64,000 bases of DNA, taken from contig OZ336875.1 in NCBI GenBank assembly GCA_965287045.1, positions 41,788,001 through 41,852,000 of the forward strand. Reading direction: 5' to 3'. Each line of letters starts with the position of its first letter. The stretch's first letter is position 1. Positions 60,061-64,000 of this stretch are shown here, one piece after another. Under the pieces are notes generated by a model. That model made no database searches. It was not told where the DNA came from and saw nothing but the letters and a program-made list of their open reading frames with translations. Both the position numbers and the translations under genes were made by a program. Origin of the DNA: Carcharhinus amblyrhynchos (lineage: Eukaryota).

Positions 60061-60639
60061 TGGTTCATTCCAATCTGTTGCCAACTCCATTGTAAGGAAA
60101 TAAATTGCATTTGCTAATCCTGATATCATTGAGTAACATCGTCCAAATATGAAAAAGGGGGCCGGAATATATTTCTGAATAAGCTGTCCTTGTCCTTTTT
60201 GAAATACAATGTTAAGTGCCCGGTCTAAATTAATTTTATTATATGATGTTGGGCAGTGAGTGTTGCCAGGCTGTGGAAGGTATTGGACTCCTGCAACACA
60301 GAAGGAGGTCATTAAGTCCTGTACCAGCTGAAGTTGTCCAATTAGTTCCAAACTTTCACCATAGCCCTGTAAACATTTACTTGCATTTAAGTAGCTAGCT
60401 CATTTTGTTGGTACCCAACATTTGGAAGTATGAACTTTCAAATAAGGGATAGTAACTAGTCAAAGACTGATTGCTTTTTATTTTTATTTCCCAGGCACCG
60501 CTGTAGACCAGGAGTGCTGATGCCAATTTGTAATTTTCTTACTCCTCGTTTTTGCCATCAGCTAATTTGGACTCCATGAATGATTAATTCCATGCTGAAT
60601 GGCTCATGTATTGACTGAGCTGTTCTTTTGTTGTTAAGG

Positions 60640-61200
60640 ATATAGGAACAAGAGTTGGCCATTTAGCCCCTCAAGTCACATCCACCATTCAGTGAAATCA
60701 GTACTGATCTGTGACCAAACTCCATTTAACTGTCTTTGTCTCTATCTCTTATAAGCCATTTGTTAGCAAATTATCAATCTCCATTTGAAAATTAGCAATT
60801 AATCTAACTTTAAGTCCTATTTTCAGAAGCGTTTCAAACTTCTCCCACCTTTTCTGTGTAGAGATGTTCCCTAACTTCACACCTGAAAGTTTGATTGCAA
60901 TTTTAAATCTCTACCTCCCAGTCCTAAATTCTTCAACAGTAGGAGATTGTTGTTCTCCATCTATCCTACCTATTCCCATTAATGGCTTAAAGCTCAATGA
61001 ATTCACCTTACTAGGGGATTTTCACTAATAAGTAAACTTTAGTCTAACTTTCTAAATTCAAGAGAATGCAAGTCAAGATTATGTAATCCTTCTTTAAGGC
61101 CAGTACTGTATATTCTTCCGAAAGTGTGGTGCATAGTTATTCACAGTATTCCAAATATAATCCAGCCTAGGCTTTTGTATATCTGAAGCCTGACTTCTAT
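60640..61200 (-). mobile_element. Old CR1 LINE 3' fragment
   Basis: ataggaacaagagttggccatttagcccctcaag is a reverse CR1 tail. Confidence 0.55.
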
Positions 61201-62844
61201 TGTATTCCTTCTACTCTGCTTCTCTGATAATGTTGTGATCAATATAAAAGGCATTGTTTCAAACACTAAAGGAGACATTTGGAGTTCATGTGTTAGTTAG
61301 ATCCCAGTATTTGTTTTTAAAGATTCTCCTATTTTCATTTATTCATTTATAAAATAATCACTTTATAAAATTCATTATCAAAAATAAATGTTTGCAGGTG
61401 TGCACCAATTTTTGGAATGCAAAGGTTCCACCATTCTGCCTTTGTCTCTTCAGTTCATTGGCAAGTTTTTTTTTTGTTTTTTAGTACTTGAGGGTGCATT
61501 CTTCTTTCATTTCTCCAAGGAATTGTTATGCTTTATATTTGTTTATTACTAGATAGTTTTGTTTGGTTCAGTACATTCACAGAATGGTTATAGCATTGAA
61601 GGAGGCCACTTGACTCATTGCATCAGCGTTGGCTCTATGTAGTGCCCTTCCTTTATTGGGCTGCTTCCATAGGCAAGACTCCATTTCCTATCTACTGCAT
61701 TGCGTCTTTAATTGCTCAGTATGTAGATAACTGTGGTCCTGAGGATTGAATAAGTTTTTACCCTTTTCTCTGTATTAGTGACATGTATCATGGACTGTAT
61801 CTTGATTTTGAAAGATAATGGGAATATATATGCTGCTTAATTGTGTCTTAGATTATAAATGGTAGAACTGCTTCATTAAATCAAAGCAATGACCTTCCTT
61901 GCAGTTTTGAATAAGATGTCTCTCTTTTGTAAAACAGAAAGTAATAGCTGTACTAGACCGAAGGAAAGGAAAGATTTTCTGTTTTGCACTTTATAATTAG
62001 CTAAGTACTTTTGAATTCACTAATTTAGGGAGATGCAGCAGCCTATTTGTCCTTAGGAAGGTTTGACAAAGAGCAACAAAATAACAGAGTAGATCAACTA
62101 TTTTCAGTGTTTACAGGGATAAACGTTGACCAGGGAGATCTGCCCTACTCTTCCTTGAATAGTGCTGTGGGATCCTTGACATCCATGGAGTAGAGGGACC
62201 CTCTTTTTTACATCTCATCTGAAAGATCGCACCTCCAATATTGCACTCAGCTTACAACATGTACTCGAGGCTCCAGAATGGAATTTGGGTTCAGTCTTCT
62301 GAGGCACAGCCAAGACAAACTATCTAAACTGGACTTGAGACAGACTTCCTGAACATTAACCATTATGTATGAGTTTGTTGCTGATTGGCCTATCAATCTC
62401 TCTCTATTTACTGGCGTCAGCTGAAATTCTCACTGGGGGCAAGGAAAATTTAAGTAAGGATCTCTTACACTTAGACTGTAAATAAAACCCATGGACAATT
62501 CCGAGTAAATCATAGTAGATTATATCACCATACAATACCTGTTATTTTATTTTCCAGTAGTATGTTAAAATCTTTCTTGTTTATAACCATGTACTTGTCG
62601 GATCGTCACCCTGTTGCCCCTTGGATATTTGTCTCACTGTTGTTATGATGACAGCAGATGTTAAACACTGAACCAACCGAATCCCAAAGGGGGAAGCCTT
62701 GGCTTATGGGCCATTCCTATTTTTTGTATTTTGAAAATGACAAGCGGATGTACTGATCCAGGCAGCAAGAAGTTCAGTAATGTTTTTGGGGTTTTAAAAA
62801 TTAAAGATAATTTATTAACTAGAAAAGAGAACCTCAGTGTGCAA

Positions 62845-63381
62845 GATTACAGTTATGCAGCTAAAATAGTCTTACAAACATTCTCCCAAAGGACTCCCTA
62901 TTTGGTCAGATCCACAAGTAAAGATCTTCCAGGTAGTACTCCATATAGATGTTTGGCTATAAAAATCCCAATATTATTACCCAAGACAACTGCACAACCT
63001 CTTAAGCATTCTTCTAATCTACTGTGGAAATCCAAAAAGCCTTCAGAAACAAGACTACTTTTCAAAGCCTGGGATTTTTCTGGCTTGAATGGGTGGCTGA
63101 TGCAAAGTGCACCTTCTCCCAATCTGGAGCTGTTTTTCTGAGATATTCCTCATGCAGCCAACACCAAATCAACTCAACATTTCTCCTTAAAGAGCCTTTT
63201 GTCTATGATTCCATTGTCCTCACAACTTCTCCACTTTCATGTAAAAACTTTCATGTTTTCTTGTGTCTTTATCTATGTGGGAGTGCTACCTGGAAGATCT
63301 TTACTTGTGGATCTGACCAAATAGGGAGTCCTTTGGGAGGACTCATCTTTCTAAGACTATTTTAGCTGCATAACTGTAATC
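62845..63381. mobile_element. Foldback/MITE-like element with ~105-110-bp inverted arms
   Basis: 62845-62950 is the reverse complement of 63271-63381, including a ~50-nt perfect core. Confidence 0.8.
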
Positions 63382-64000
63382 AGCATCAAAATTCCTTTTG
63401 CATTCAGAGTAATGAGCATCTTAAATTGTAGAAGAAAAGGATGTGAGTGCCTTCAAAGACTATACTGATTTAAATGATAATGTGAACGTGATGTATTGTA
63501 ATTACAATAAATGTTTTACACAGCATTCCATATCATTTCGCACATATTTCTGTAGCTAATAAGGAGAGTGCAGTTTGTTGCCCAAGTATTCCAGTTTTAC
63601 ATGAAAAAATCTCAAGCAGACTGAGGAAGAGTGAACACACTTTCGGGTCAAATAAAATTTAATAGTTTACTCATTAAATATTTACAAGTTGTAAAAGTTT
63701 CTTACTTCCTTTGAAATTAAACAGCTGTGGCAGAAAAAGTCCCTATATATTTTGTAATGCAAATAATCGATCTATTTACCTGCACCCCAAACCCACTGTA
63801 AAATCTTATTACAAATGTACAAACCTCACATTTCTATCATTTCATGCCTTAAATTTCCCAGGGAATCTATCTCTAGTAACTTTTCCCAGCTTAATTAAAT
63901 CATTTGCGCACTCAGTCGTTTTCAGACAGTAACAAATATTCCCAAACATATTTTCAAAAACATCCATTCTCATGCTATGCTCACACCCCTGTGAGAAGTG

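Noticed and set aside
59392-60117. Six overlapping 113-187-aa ORFs
   Set aside because: Produced by the stop-free 31-bp minisatellite; they occur in all frames on both strands.
62860-62870. MEF2 site in the inverted repeat (CTAAAATAG)
   Set aside because: One base short of the YTA(W)4TAR consensus.

Overview
Vertebrate genomic DNA, very likely a cartilaginous fish (shark-type tRNA-derived SINEs, CR1/HER1-like LINEs, Penelope elements). The window is dominated by one multi-exon gene on the + strand, fast skeletal troponin T (TNNT3), which the ORF track misses because its exons are short. I traced a probable non-coding exon 1 (~4305-4380), the ATG exon (8632) and all canonical exons to the stop codon (52041), including the mutually exclusive 41-nt alpha/beta exons. 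The N-terminal variable region is built from an array of 6-24-nt microexons that is being expanded by nested tandem duplication, including a very recent ~5.96-kb duplication (13535-25452). Including every N-terminal exon plus one of alpha/beta gives 804 nt (267 aa). Other notable signals: candidate extra 3n+1 microexons in the last intron that restore frame only in combination; a 31-bp minisatellite downstream of the gene made of tandem CTCF-like motifs next to a CpG-rich promoter-like segment; a muscle-type promoter and intronic enhancer; and many transposon fragments. Most ORF-track entries are spurious or TE-derived. Repeat boundaries are approximate, read by eye.
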